Assembly: GCA_013239625.1 (NCBI GenBank)
Contig: MU054098.1
Location: forward strand, 1,489,104 to 1,553,103
Source: Lama guanicoe
Taxonomy: Eukaryota
Reading direction: 5' to 3'
DNA: 64,000 bases
The notes under the pieces were generated by a model. It did not search any database. It saw only the letters and a list, made by a program, of their open reading frames with translations, and had not been told where the DNA came from. The translations under genes and the position numbers were made by a program. Shown piece by piece: positions 26,170 to 37,659 of the stretch. How positions within the stretch are numbered: the stretch's first letter is position 1; each line of letters starts with the position of its first letter.

Positions 26170-26935
26170 TTCTGATTTCTCTTTTTCTCACCTGCTCCAT
26201 CAGCAACTTCTGTCAGCAATAACTCTAAAAGATATCTGAAATCTACTTGTCACCATTCCGATTGCTATCATCCTAGTCATCTGTCACCTGGACTCCTGCA
26301 TTAGCTTCCTATCTGATTTCCCCATGTCTATACTTTCTCCTCTACACTAGTCTATTTTCTACACAGAAGCCAAAATATAAATCAGATCACAACTCTTCCT
26401 TGATTTGTATTTCCATTAAACCTAGATTAGAAATCCAAGCTCGGTAGAATAGTCCAAAAGGGCCTAAGTAATCTTATTCCTGCCTCTTTCTAACTGCATC
26501 TCCTATCACTCTTCCCTATTAAGCTTCTGTCATGGGGACCCTTGCTATATGTGAAAGCATTAAGCTCATTCCTCTTTCAAGGTTACACTTGTTTCTTTCT
26601 AGAATGTTCTTCCTCCATTCAGTTGGCTGATTCCTTGTCGTCAATCAGCTTTCCATTCAAATGACATTTCCTCATAAGCATTCTTCCTGGCTACTCTGTC
26701 TACAATATACACATACACACATGCACACCCAGTCCTGATTCTCTTATCTTGCTTTACTTTCTTAATAACACTGGTCACTGTCTGAAATTATATTATTTAT
26801 TCATTTGTTTATTGTCCTCCAGGAGAAAGTGAGTTTCACGAGAATGAGGATTGGTCTGTTTATTATTGTATTGTCAGCACTTACAACAGGGCCTGGCACA
26901 CAGTAGGCACTAAATAAACATTTAGTGACTAAACA
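26170..26935 (+). mobile_element. L2 3' portion
   Basis: tcacctggactcctgcattagcttcct...ataaatcagatcac...cagggcctggcacacagtaggcactaaataaacattt is the L2 3' terminus. Confidence 0.85.
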
Positions 26936-26939
26936 TGAT

Positions 26940-27780
26940 CTTAATCTAGGAATGAACTGATGTAAGACAGAACTAAGGCAATGGCAGTGAGTAAAGAAAA
27001 ATAAACTATATTAACTTGATAGAATAAACGGGAAACTTGGTGACTAACTGGATATGAGGTATACGTAAGAGCGAAGAATTAGGGAGAACTCCCAGATTTT
27101 TGTCTTTGGCAAATAGGTGAATGGTAGCAGGTAATAGTAAGAAAGGGGACATATGATGAGAAAAAGATTTTGAGGGAAAGTTTGAAGACACTTAGTCAAT
27201 ATGCTTAGTCATGTAGACATACATGATAGGCTATTGGATATAAATTCTGGAGATCTGGACATTTTCATACTGAAAGTAAGTATGTGGGAGTCATCCATTT
27301 ACTTTGATAGGTAAAGCTATGGTAATCGATGAGATCACCCTATGAAAGTGAGTAGAGTAAAAGAAAACTTAAGTTTACAGACATGGCACATGTCAAAGCT
27401 AACATTTAATATTTATGTTGGTGGGGTATACCACAAAGGAGATAGAAAGTCAAACACCTAGAAAGGTAGAAAATTTTGACCTTAAAGAAGTCAAGGGAGA
27501 AGTGTTTAATGGAAGCAGTAGAGTTAGCAGTGTCAAATGTTATAGAGAAAATTTCTATTAGATATAGCCATGAAGGATCACCAGAAATCTTGGCAAGAAG
27601 AGTGTTAGTGGACTTTGGGAGATATAATCTAAACTGAAGTAATTGAAAAAATGGGAGGTGAAAAATAGATTTGTTAGAGTAGACTATACTTTTCAGAAGC
27701 TTGTAATCCAAGAGAGGGAGGGATAGAGTAATAAGATTTAGATTTTTTTTTTTAAATGAGAGCAGCTTGAACATGTATAT
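26940..27780 (-). mobile_element. L2 (reverse orientation)
   Basis: Purine-rich reverse L2 (gagaactcccagatttttgtctttggcaaataggtgaatggtag...cagtgtcaaatgtta). Confidence 0.75.
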
Positions 27781-29099
27781 ATGCTAAAAGAGATCGGAAT
27801 GGAAAGACAGAAGTTGCATTTACTGAATATCAAAATGTATCAAAAGAGGGGAGGTCCCTGAAAGGGTGGGAAGGATTGTAATCAGAAAAGAGGTAAGTGG
27901 ATTAGCTATGAGAAAGAGTTCTACTTGGGAACAAATGTAAATTGTTAAGGATGGGCATGGCTATACATTGTGTAGATCAGTGGTGAAAGGGGTAGAAACT
28001 TTTGAGAGATCCCAAGCCCTGGCTAGTAAGACTAGAAGAAATAAGAGAATAAGTAATTATAGCCAACATTTATTGATCGCTTACACTTACTGTGTCATAT
28101 ATATATTCTTTGTGAAGTGGGAGACATGGTCACCAGCTGGAAAGGAGAAAGGGAGATGGTAGACAAAGAGGTTGAAGACGATGGTTAAAATGTGAAACGG
28201 CTTTGGTAGGAAATAGGAAAAATTTCTTCCATGTTCCAGAGACATACAAGAGGGATCCTTTGCTAATTTGCTCTTTTAAAAAATCTAGACATAAACAGAA
28301 ATAGGCACTGGATTTTCTCCTAATTATAGACCTTGGGAAAGTCAGTCAAAATTTTCTGAGTCTTAGGTCTCCTCCTCTGCAAAACGAAGGGCTTAGACTT
28401 GCTGACCTAACTACAAGGTTCTTTACAGATCTGGCATTCAATGACTTTGGTTCTGTTGTCTCTAAACCAGAGGTCATTATAAGACAGAGGGCTTGATCTT
28501 GTCTTGCTTCAATTGTGAGACACACTGGGAAAGCATCACACCAATTGTGAAGAGGAAGGAGCAGGAAACAGAATTTAGGCTGATGTCTGTCAGGAAACAG
28601 AGGTAGGAGTGAGAAGTATGTTAAAGGTACAACACAAAGGGGCAAAGTAATCTTAGGCTTAACCTGTTTTAGTGATAGGGATTATTTGATATGGTGGTTA
28701 TAGCATGGCAGCAGTGATTTCAAAGTAGTGGTGATGTTAAGAGTCAAATGGGTTTCCACACAGTGGTTCTGAGTTTCTAACATGGTACTAGCCTTAAACT
28801 GGGAACAGAGAATGCTAGATGCAGTCCCTAAAACAAGGGGTCAGCCAAAATAGACAATGGTTCATAAAAGGACTCTAATTTCAACAAGAGGGATTATAGA
28901 TCAAATTAGAAAACCAAGGTAGTGTCCATCTAAGACATACCGATTTCACAAGCTTACTCAGTGGGCAGATAGGGGTTCCAGTTTCCTTAGACGAGATGTA
29001 TTAGACTTTAAGCTACAAGCCTAATTCCATTCTCCACTTGTCAAGAAGATAAAAGTCCCGAGGTACAGCCTTGGTGAGGACAGGCTCATCTTTTTATTT

Positions 29100-29510
29100 A
29101 ACAATCTCTACATTTTCTAGTCTCTCTTTCCAGTTTTATTTCTTCCTACTTCCCAAAGTGAACGCCCTGCTGCATTCAGGAAGATGGATTCACTGTCCAT
29201 TGAATGCTTCCACCTCTGCCTGCATCATCGTTCATATAATTATTTGTATTTGGAATGCTCTCTGTCATCTTTTGCATCTATCTGAAATCTACTTATCCTT
29301 CAAGGCCCAATGCAATGCCGTCTACTTCCTTTATTACTCACCGTCTCAGGTCATTCCATATATCTACACTCTTAAAGCAATTATTGCCTGCACCAAGTTG
29401 GTATTAAAAATAGGATTGCACCTTGAAGTTATTATTTCTATCTGGTTTATTTTTTGCTTCTTAGCATCTGTATGCTGCAAATAGAACACCCAATGTTTGA
29501 TGAATTAATG
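29100..29510 (+). mobile_element. L2 3' fragment
   Basis: tggaatgctct...aaatctacttatccttcaaggccc...aatgtttgatgaattaatg. Confidence 0.6.
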
Positions 29511-31857
29511 CAAATATTTACATACACACTGAAAAGAGCCAACAGATAGGGGGGAAAAAGATTATTCTCAATGACATGTAAATTTTGTGGCAAACCTTGT
29601 GCAGCCTCTTTTTCTCAAACTTATAAAATTTGCTTTGCCAACTTGGAAAGTCTTCAAATGAATCCTCCAGGAGAGGAGCAGAAGGGAGAACACAGCTGTG
29701 GAATGAAAGTACTAAGCACTTTCCTAAACTGTATGTATACATATTTTAATACTTTGTTAGAAAATATGCCCTGGAAAGTGACCAGCGGGTGCCTTACGAT
29801 GTGAATAATAGGCTAGAGAAGAGTAGAAAACAAGAATTTGAGATAATAAATCATAAGGGTTAAGTAAGGAACTAATTCCACAAAGATTAAAATGCCTAAA
29901 CCCCACCCTCTTAGAGGATGCTTTTTCAGTGAAGGTAAAGGAAGAATACACATTTGAAAAATGGTCTGAGCAGAACCAATATCTTTAGAGTTTCTTTCAC
30001 CACCACCAAATTCCATTTTGAACTTTTAAATAATGATGTGTAGGTGACATTTTAACTTTGGCATAAAGCTGTAAAGAAATGAATCCATATTTAAATGGGT
30101 AATATGAAAAATGAGTGGTGCTATGGTTTATAAATCTAAAACGTGACAAATGCCACCACATTCCAGAAAATAATCCTTCTATTATGTGTATGTTTCATCT
30201 TCCAAAACGCTACCCAAAGTGGTAAAAGAAAGACCACAAATGGGAGTTGGAACCAATCCCCAAGGAGAATGTAATCAATAACTCTAAGAGATAACTGCTC
30301 CATTTAAAAACTTATCTCTGATAGGGCTTTATTTCAAGATGATTGTAATTCTATTTAGCTATAATGTTAAATGGAGTGTGAGCAACTTTCAAATTCTGAA
30401 ACTGCTTCCATTATGAAAGAAAGTTAAAACTGGAAGCAAATCACCACGTGCTGAGTGGTCAATTCCTACAACTTCAGGACAATATTGAGTCAATATGAAT
30501 TATTATTGCTGTTAAGTCATATGAAATATCAAAATACTTTTAGACTCATAATGCTAGAATTGTATTTCGGTGGATGCTGCCAGAAAGCAAAACCATTGAC
30601 TTTTTCAACAGACTCTTGGTGATCAAAAGAAATTAAACACAAAGCCAATCCTTATCAGACACCTCTAATAACAGAACAAACTCCAAGTGGTTTAGAGTTT
30701 AGGGCAGGAGTTAGCATTTGTAGAGTAGAGTTAGATAAATGGCTGAAGCAGGTTTGAGGAACAATTTGCAAACTGAATGACACCAACAGAAGCCATGGGA
30801 ACACGTAAAGATTGTTGCACTGGTGGATTTCTTTTCATAAGATTTTAAAAAATTACATTAGCATTCATATTCTTATCATAGTTTCTAGTAAATGAAAGTT
30901 CTTACAGGTTGATAAGAGACAACAAGTCCAGACATCAACAGATATTGTTAGATAACTGTGTGGCAAAAGGCACCATTAGTGTGGTGACTTTACTACTATT
31001 TAAGATCTGACTTTCCTCAAACTAGGAGTCAGATCTGCAGGAAAAGCATGTTTATGAAGCAGATTGTCAATTGATTTACAACAGTAGAGAATCCTTTCCA
31101 ATTGTTGTAATACTTGTGCCTCTGCCAGGGTACCCCTTCCTGGAATTTCAGAAACCCCAGGAAATTAAATGAGTAATTAGAGGGTCACTTGGTGAAGATG
31201 GAATCACAACCAAGGGACGTGCATATGATGGAGGACTATTTCATACAGGCCACAACAAAGCCCTATATATCATCCCTGCTCCGATACAGAATCAATTGCT
31301 TGAGTGACTAAAAAGTATGTCTTGCAAATTTAGCCTCTGGACAATGCTAACTCCGTGGCTCCTTAGCTCCCCTGTCTGTGCTCTAGAGACCAGTGTTACT
31401 CCAACTCTTGGTCAGCCCTCCTAGGCCAACATATCCAGAGATGCATGCATTCTCATTTTTTGTGGGGAAAAAAGATAGTGATAACAGGGAACTAGAAAGA
31501 AAGAAAGTAACATTAAAACCATAACCAAAGAAGAAAATGATAAACAAATGTAAACCTAATGATAAGTCTACGATCCTTTTAAATTAAATAATAATAGCAA
31601 TTGAACCCCATTACCAAAATGAGAAAGCACTGATTGATGCTAAGAAATAAAAGTGTCCTTCATAAAACCTTTCAAGATTCCAGTGAAGGCTTTGCAGAAT
31701 TGCCAAGCATTTCATAACTGCCATGCAATATTATAATTTTTATGTACTCTAAGAACTTCTTAGTACAGTACTGAATTAAAATCCTCAGTAGCTCTAGTAC
31801 TAACTTATCCAGCTATTCTAACTCTTACTATTTTATTCTAAAAAACCATACTTTTGA

Positions 31858-31928
31858 GATATATATATATATATATATAAAGCTTATGAAATTGCATGAT
31901 ACTGATCTATAAGCAAAAAAAAAAAAAA
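31858..31928. repeat. (TA)n microsatellite and poly(A) run at the contig end
   Basis: (AT)~10 at 31858-31879; A15 immediately before the gap. Confidence 0.9.
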
Positions 31929-32893
31929 NNNNNNNNNNNNNNNNNNNNNNNNNNNNNNNNNNNNNNNNNNNNNNNNNNNNNNNNNNNNNNNNNNNNNNNN
32001 NNNNNNNNNNNNNNNNNNNNNNNNNNNNNNNNNNNNNNNNNNNNNNNNNNNNNNNNNNNNNNNNNNNNNNNNNNNNNNNNNNNNNNNNNNNNNNNNNNNN
32101 NNNNNNNNNNNNNNNNNNNNNNNNNNNNNNNNNNNNNNNNNNNNNNNNNNNNNNNNNNNNNNNNNNNNNNNNNNNNNNNNNNNNNNNNNNNNNNNNNNNN
32201 NNNNNNNNNNNNNNNNNNNNNNNNNNNNNNNNNNNNNNNNNNNNNNNNNNNNNNNNNNNNNNNNNNNNNNNNNNNNNNNNNNNNNNNNNNNNNNNNNNNN
32301 NNNNNNNNNNNNNNNNNNNNNNNNNNNNNNNNNNNNNNNNNNNNNNNNNNNNNNNNNNNNNNNNNNNNNNNNNNNNNNNNNNNNNNNNNNNNNNNNNNNN
32401 NNNNNNNNNNNNNNNNNNNNNNNNNNNNNNNNNNNNNNNNNNNNNNNNNNNNNNNNNNNNNNNNNNNNNNNNNNNNNNNNNNNNNNNNNNNNNNNNNNNN
32501 NNNNNNNNNNNNNNNNNNNNNNNNNNNNNNNNNNNNNNNNNNNNNNNNNNNNNNNNNNNNNNNNNNNNNNNNNNNNNNNNNNNNNNNNNNNNNNNNNNNN
32601 NNNNNNNNNNNNNNNNNNNNNNNNNNNNNNNNNNNNNNNNNNNNNNNNNNNNNNNNNNNNNNNNNNNNNNNNNNNNNNNNNNNNNNNNNNNNNNNNNNNN
32701 NNNNNNNNNNNNNNNNNNNNNNNNNNNNNNNNNNNNNNNNNNNNNNNNNNNNNNNNNNNNNNNNNNNNNNNNNNNNNNNNNNNNNNNNNNNNNNNNNNNN
32801 NNNNNNNNNNNNNNNNNNNNNNNNNNNNNNNNNNNNNNNNNNNNNNNNNNNNNNNNNNNNNNNNNNNNNNNNNNNNNNNNNNNNNNNNNNNNN
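31929..32893. other. Assembly gap (965 N)
   Basis: Run of N. Confidence 1.
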
Positions 32894-33324
32894 CTTTTTG
32901 ATCATTTGTATGTCTTCCTTGGAGAATTGCTTGTTTAGGTCTTCTGCCCATTTTTGGATTGGGTTGTTTATTTTTTTCTTATTGAGTCGTATGAGCTGCT
33001 TATATATTCTGGAGATCAAGCCTTTGTCGGTTTCACTTACAAAAATTTTCTCCCATTCCGTAGGTTTTCTTCTTGTTTTACTTCTGGTTTCCCTTGCTGT
33101 GCAGAAGCTTGTAAGTTTCATTAGGTCCCATTTGTTTATTCTTGCTTTTATTTCTTCTAGGAGAAAATTTTTGAAATGTATGTCAGATAATGTTTTGCCT
33201 ATGTTTTCCTCTAGGAGGCTTATTGTATCTTGTCTTATGTTTAAGTCTTTGATCCATTTTGAGTTGATTTTTGTATATGGTGTAAGGGAGTGTTCTCGCT
33301 TCATTGTTTTACATGCTGCTGTCC
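32894..33324 (-). mobile_element. Young 5'-truncated L1, ORF2 C-terminal region, open frame
   Basis: Uninterrupted ...[36 protein letters not shown]...[15 protein letters not shown]...[25 protein letters not shown]; CpGs retained. Confidence 0.95.
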
Positions 33325-35239
33325 TGTCAGCCACTTTTTGGAATAGTTTTTCTAGGATAATTCTTTCCCTTTTGTATACAGTCTTTTCCCAAACAGCATA
33401 TAATCAAGTTGATTAGTCTTCTGTTGCCTAAATTATAACTACATTCAAGTTCTGGATTTTTGGAATTGTTCCCAGATTCTTTTGATAGGAGTGTTGGGAA
33501 CGTCCCTACTGCTTCAACCATATATGTATAACGTTGTGATTTATCATCTACCAGAGGGGGATTCACATTAATTCCATGTCAGTTCTACTGGGTTGGATAT
33601 TAAATATCATTATTATTTCCAAGTCAGTAGCAAGGAAATAGTACCTTGTTATTATCATCATATATAATAATAAAAGTATGTTTGAATTTCATGAACATAT
33701 TTTAATTTTTACAAGCTGTCTTAAATTCTCTACCTAGTAGCCAGGTTAGCAAATATTTCCATGTGTTTACAGTTCTAGTCAAAGCAACAGATATTTCTAG
33801 AGCAGCTACCACTGACAACATAAATATAAACAGAGCTCGGCATGATGAATACATTCACTGTTCTTCTCTCTTCTATTTATTTGGCTGCTAAAGATATAGT
33901 CATGATTACACATACAATTATTTCAAAGGAAGAGATTTCAAATTCTAATAAAAAATAAAAGGGAAATAGTATGCTATAAAATTATAGCTGACTTTTTATA
34001 AGCATATCTATTCTATAATTTGAGGTTTACCTGTAGAATCATGTGTTTCAAACTAGATTACGCATATTCTTAGAGTTCCTCGAATTGTGCTAGAAGATAT
34101 ATGATGCCACAGGACAAACTTTACAACAGTTTTGTAAAGAACAATTATTTATTTTACCTAATTGGAAATATTTCATATGTAAATAAGTATAAATGAGGGA
34201 GTGGAATGCAAAACATGCTCACATTTTCTACGATAAAACAGTTGAAACTACTATACTTTCAGAAGTGCCTTTTGAATATATCCTGGGTATATCTCAGGGT
34301 CACAGATTTTGAACTCGGGGGAAAGGTCTGGTAGAGTAGCAGTGAATTCTACTACAGTTTTTAAGCCCAGTACTATGTGCAACTAGACACGACTTGAACA
34401 CCACACTCAATTTCCAAGAGGACATGATGGCTTTGGTTCATTTTTATTTTACATTTGTAGATGCTTGTTAGATGATGTACTATTTATCTTCATATCTCCT
34501 GCAATATCTAGCTCATGTTTGCACTTTGTAGATCTTCAGAAAATATTTATGGACTCTCAATTATTGAGTTTACTAGTAACCCTCAGCTCATATTTTTACA
34601 AACAAAAATCTTGTTTGTAGGCAAATTTCTGACCTTGGTGTCTTTCAAATTGACATCATTCCACAGCACTGCACTGACTCTGCAAAATACTCCACAATAA
34701 TTTACATAATGTACTGTGCTCGTCATCAAACTAAAAGACCAGATGTTCCAAGGAAGCTGAAAAGAGGTTTTAAATCTGGTCTAGTTCTTGGTACTTTTTC
34801 TTTGCTTTATTCTCCATTATAAGTTTTCCAATGCCTATTATATTATTGATCAGAAGTACAGAACCCTTCTTTATTCCAATTTATTAGATAATTAACAATG
34901 GTTTTAAAGAATTTAATTGCAAACTCTCCATACAATGAAACAAAACACAACAGGCAACACATGCTGAGCACATAGTAGAGAAACAGTCCAATTCTTTACC
35001 TGTCTTTCCCTAGCAAAGAGAAAATAAGCTCTTGACAAATTAAATAATGTGTTTCTGACAATATGCAGAATTGGGATTTGCCCTTTAATGAAAATGCACC
35101 ATCAAACTGCTCACATCACCTTAAGTAAACAACATATATGGGCTGGATTTTCAAAAAAAAGGAGAAAAATCTTTCAAAGATGGAAAAGGGACTAGAAACA
35201 AGAAGAAAAGATGAGCAATGCAATTGCTCGAATTTTGAA

Positions 35240-35990
35240 TTTATATCTACACCCCACCAGTCTATTTAGCGGTCTCACAGTCACCTTAAATATTATATCA
35301 AAAACTGAACTGATGAATTTTCTGTCACAAAATTGCATTTTTTCCCAGTGTTTCTTATTTCAGTGATGGCATCATCTTATGTCCAGTCCTACAATATGTG
35401 CTTTTCTTGACAGCATAACTCTCCCTCTCCTTCCGTATCTATGACCAAGCTCCTTTGTCTTTACTTCCTAATTATCTTTAAAATCTGTTCACTTTCCTCT
35501 ATCACTACTTCTACCACAGAAGCTTACGTTATCTAATTTACCATCATTTCCTTTCTGGATTATAGCAATAGCCACATAAATACTTCCTCTGTGTCCATTC
35601 TCTGTACCCAGCTCCATCAATCTCTATACAGCTGCCAGAGCAATCCTTTTAAAATACGAATCTGATCATGTCACATGTGAACATTTTGAACTCAAATGTT
35701 TCAATAACCTTAGGACATTAGACTAAAATCCTACATAGCCTAGTTCTTATCTACCTCTCCTTCATCTCACCTAGATTCCAGCAGTTTTCTGTGCACCATG
35801 CTGACTGCCCTTCTCTACTTGCCAGCAGGTCTTTGCATGTGCTCTTCTTACAGCTGGGAACATTCTTCCCCTGCATCATCATCATTCCTCCTTCAAATAA
35901 CTGACGTCTGCTCATCATTCATATCTTATCACAGATGTCTCTGCCTTAGGAAGTCTTCTCTAAATGCCCAGGGTAAATCAGGTCTTTCTA
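35240..35990 (+). mobile_element. L2
   Basis: ttcttatttcagtgatggcatca...acagctgccagagcaatccttttaaaatacgaatctgatcatgtcac. Confidence 0.8.
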
Positions 35991-36159
35991 TTTTACAGTC
36001 TCACTGATGACACTTCCAATCAGCGATACATACAGCCCATCATGGTTTATGACATATTAAAATCATCATTAACCTCCGTGCCCAAGTATCCTATCTGTTT
36101 TTTTAATTTTGTCTTGTTTATAGATTACTTTATCATAATGATTTCTGTCTTTTTAAATA

Positions 36160-36912
36160 TTTTTAAATAACACTGAGGTGTAATATACCCCTAAAATGCA
36201 CCATTTTAAGCATATAGTTCAAGGAGTTTCAACAAATAATACTCATGTAACCAGGACCACAATCAAATATAGAATGCTCTTTCACCCTAAAAATATCCCT
36301 TGTACTCTTCCTAAAATCCAATGATAGCTAGATATCTACTTCCCATCATTCTGGATTAGTTTTTCCTGCTTTATAAATGAAATTATAAAGTAAGTAATGT
36401 CTTGTATGAGATTTCTTTTACTCAGTAAAATGCCATACAGGTTGTCATGTGTATCAGTAGCTTGTTCCTTTTTATTTGAGAGTAGGATACTATTTTATAG
36501 ATATAAGACAATTTGTTCTACTGAAGAACATTTGGATTAAGACAGGTTTTGAGCTATTATAAATAAAGTGTGTATAAATATTTTAAAAATCTTTGTGGGA
36601 ATATGTTTTTATTTCTCTGGATAAATATTGAGGAGTAGAATGGCCAGGTAACATGCCACCTGCATACTTATCTTTGTAAGAAATTACCAAATCACTTTCC
36701 AAAGTGATGGCACCATTTTACATATACCTCACCAGTGTATGAAGACTCCAGCTGATCTACACCTTTCCCAACACTTGGTATTGTAAGTCTTAATTTTAGT
36801 CATTCTACTGAATGCATTCTGGTATCACATTGTGATTTTAACTCTCATTTCTCTGATAACTAATAATTCAGAACATATTTTCATGTACTTTCTGAGTGTT
36901 TGTATATCTTCT
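36160..36912 (-). mobile_element. Old L1 (L1MC/L1ME-like) 3' end
   Basis: aaatgcaccattttaagcatatag...catgtgtatcagtagcttgttcctttttat...ttccaaagtgatggcaccattttaca. Confidence 0.8.
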
Positions 36913-36914
36913 TG

Positions 36915-37655
36915 GGAGTTCCAGCAGTGTACTCCCAAGCTATATACTCTAGGGATTTCCACTAAGAGGGCTGTGTGCATCCTTCTGTTGTGGTAGGCTG
37001 ACTGGTAGACTTGGTTGGCCCCCTAGTCTGGTTGGTTGCCAGGCCCTGCCTGTGTGGATGCTGCTGGCTACTGTTTAGTGGGGTCCAGTCACAAGGTGGC
37101 TGGTTGTGGTATCCTAAGGGGTCCCAGGGCTAGTACTGGCTCACTGGTGGGCACAGCCAGGGTCCCAAAGACTTTGGGGCTGTTGCTTCACACCAGCAGG
37201 TGAAACCAGGCCCTGGGGTTAGTGCCAGACTATTGGCAGGCAAGGCTGGTTCCTGGAGTCTGGCTTAGGGCTCAGGGATTCCAGAGCTCATTTCAGATTG
37301 TTGTCAGGGTAGTGACCTGTTTCTGACACAGTTGGATATGAGGTCCAGGGTTTTCCAAAGGTTATACTGGCCTGCTACTGGGCAGGATCAGGGCTCAGCT
37401 GGTCCCAGACTAGGATGTGGCCTGTATTGTGGGATCATAGTTTTCTTGCTTCTGATGCCTGCCCCCTGGTGAGTGAGGCTGGTCTTGAGTCTGGTGCAGG
37501 CTTCCTGGCGGGAGGTGCTGGTGCCTGCCCACTGATGGTTGAAGCTAAGTCTTAGCCCTCTGGTGGGCAGGGCCACGCCAAGGGGCATGTCTAGCAGCAG
37601 CTGTGGGCTCAGGAAGTCTTCAGGCAGCCTGTCTGTTCATGAGTGGGATTTTATT
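36915..37655 (-). mobile_element. GC-rich L1 5' UTR fragment
   Basis: Homologous (reverse) to 7797-8160; ctggttggttgccaggccctgcc and gcctgcccactgatggt motifs. Confidence 0.75.
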
Positions 37656-37659
37656 CCTA

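Noticed and set aside
31884..33416. Three long ORFs (355, 506 and 475 aa)
   Set aside because: Read-through of the 965-N gap; the only real coding signal is the L1 ORF2 fragment.
33327..33566. 79-aa ORF abutting the young L1 as a possible endogenous viral element or transduced gene
   Set aside because: No recognisable motif, and the length is within chance expectation; a tBLASTn/HMM search would be needed to reopen it.
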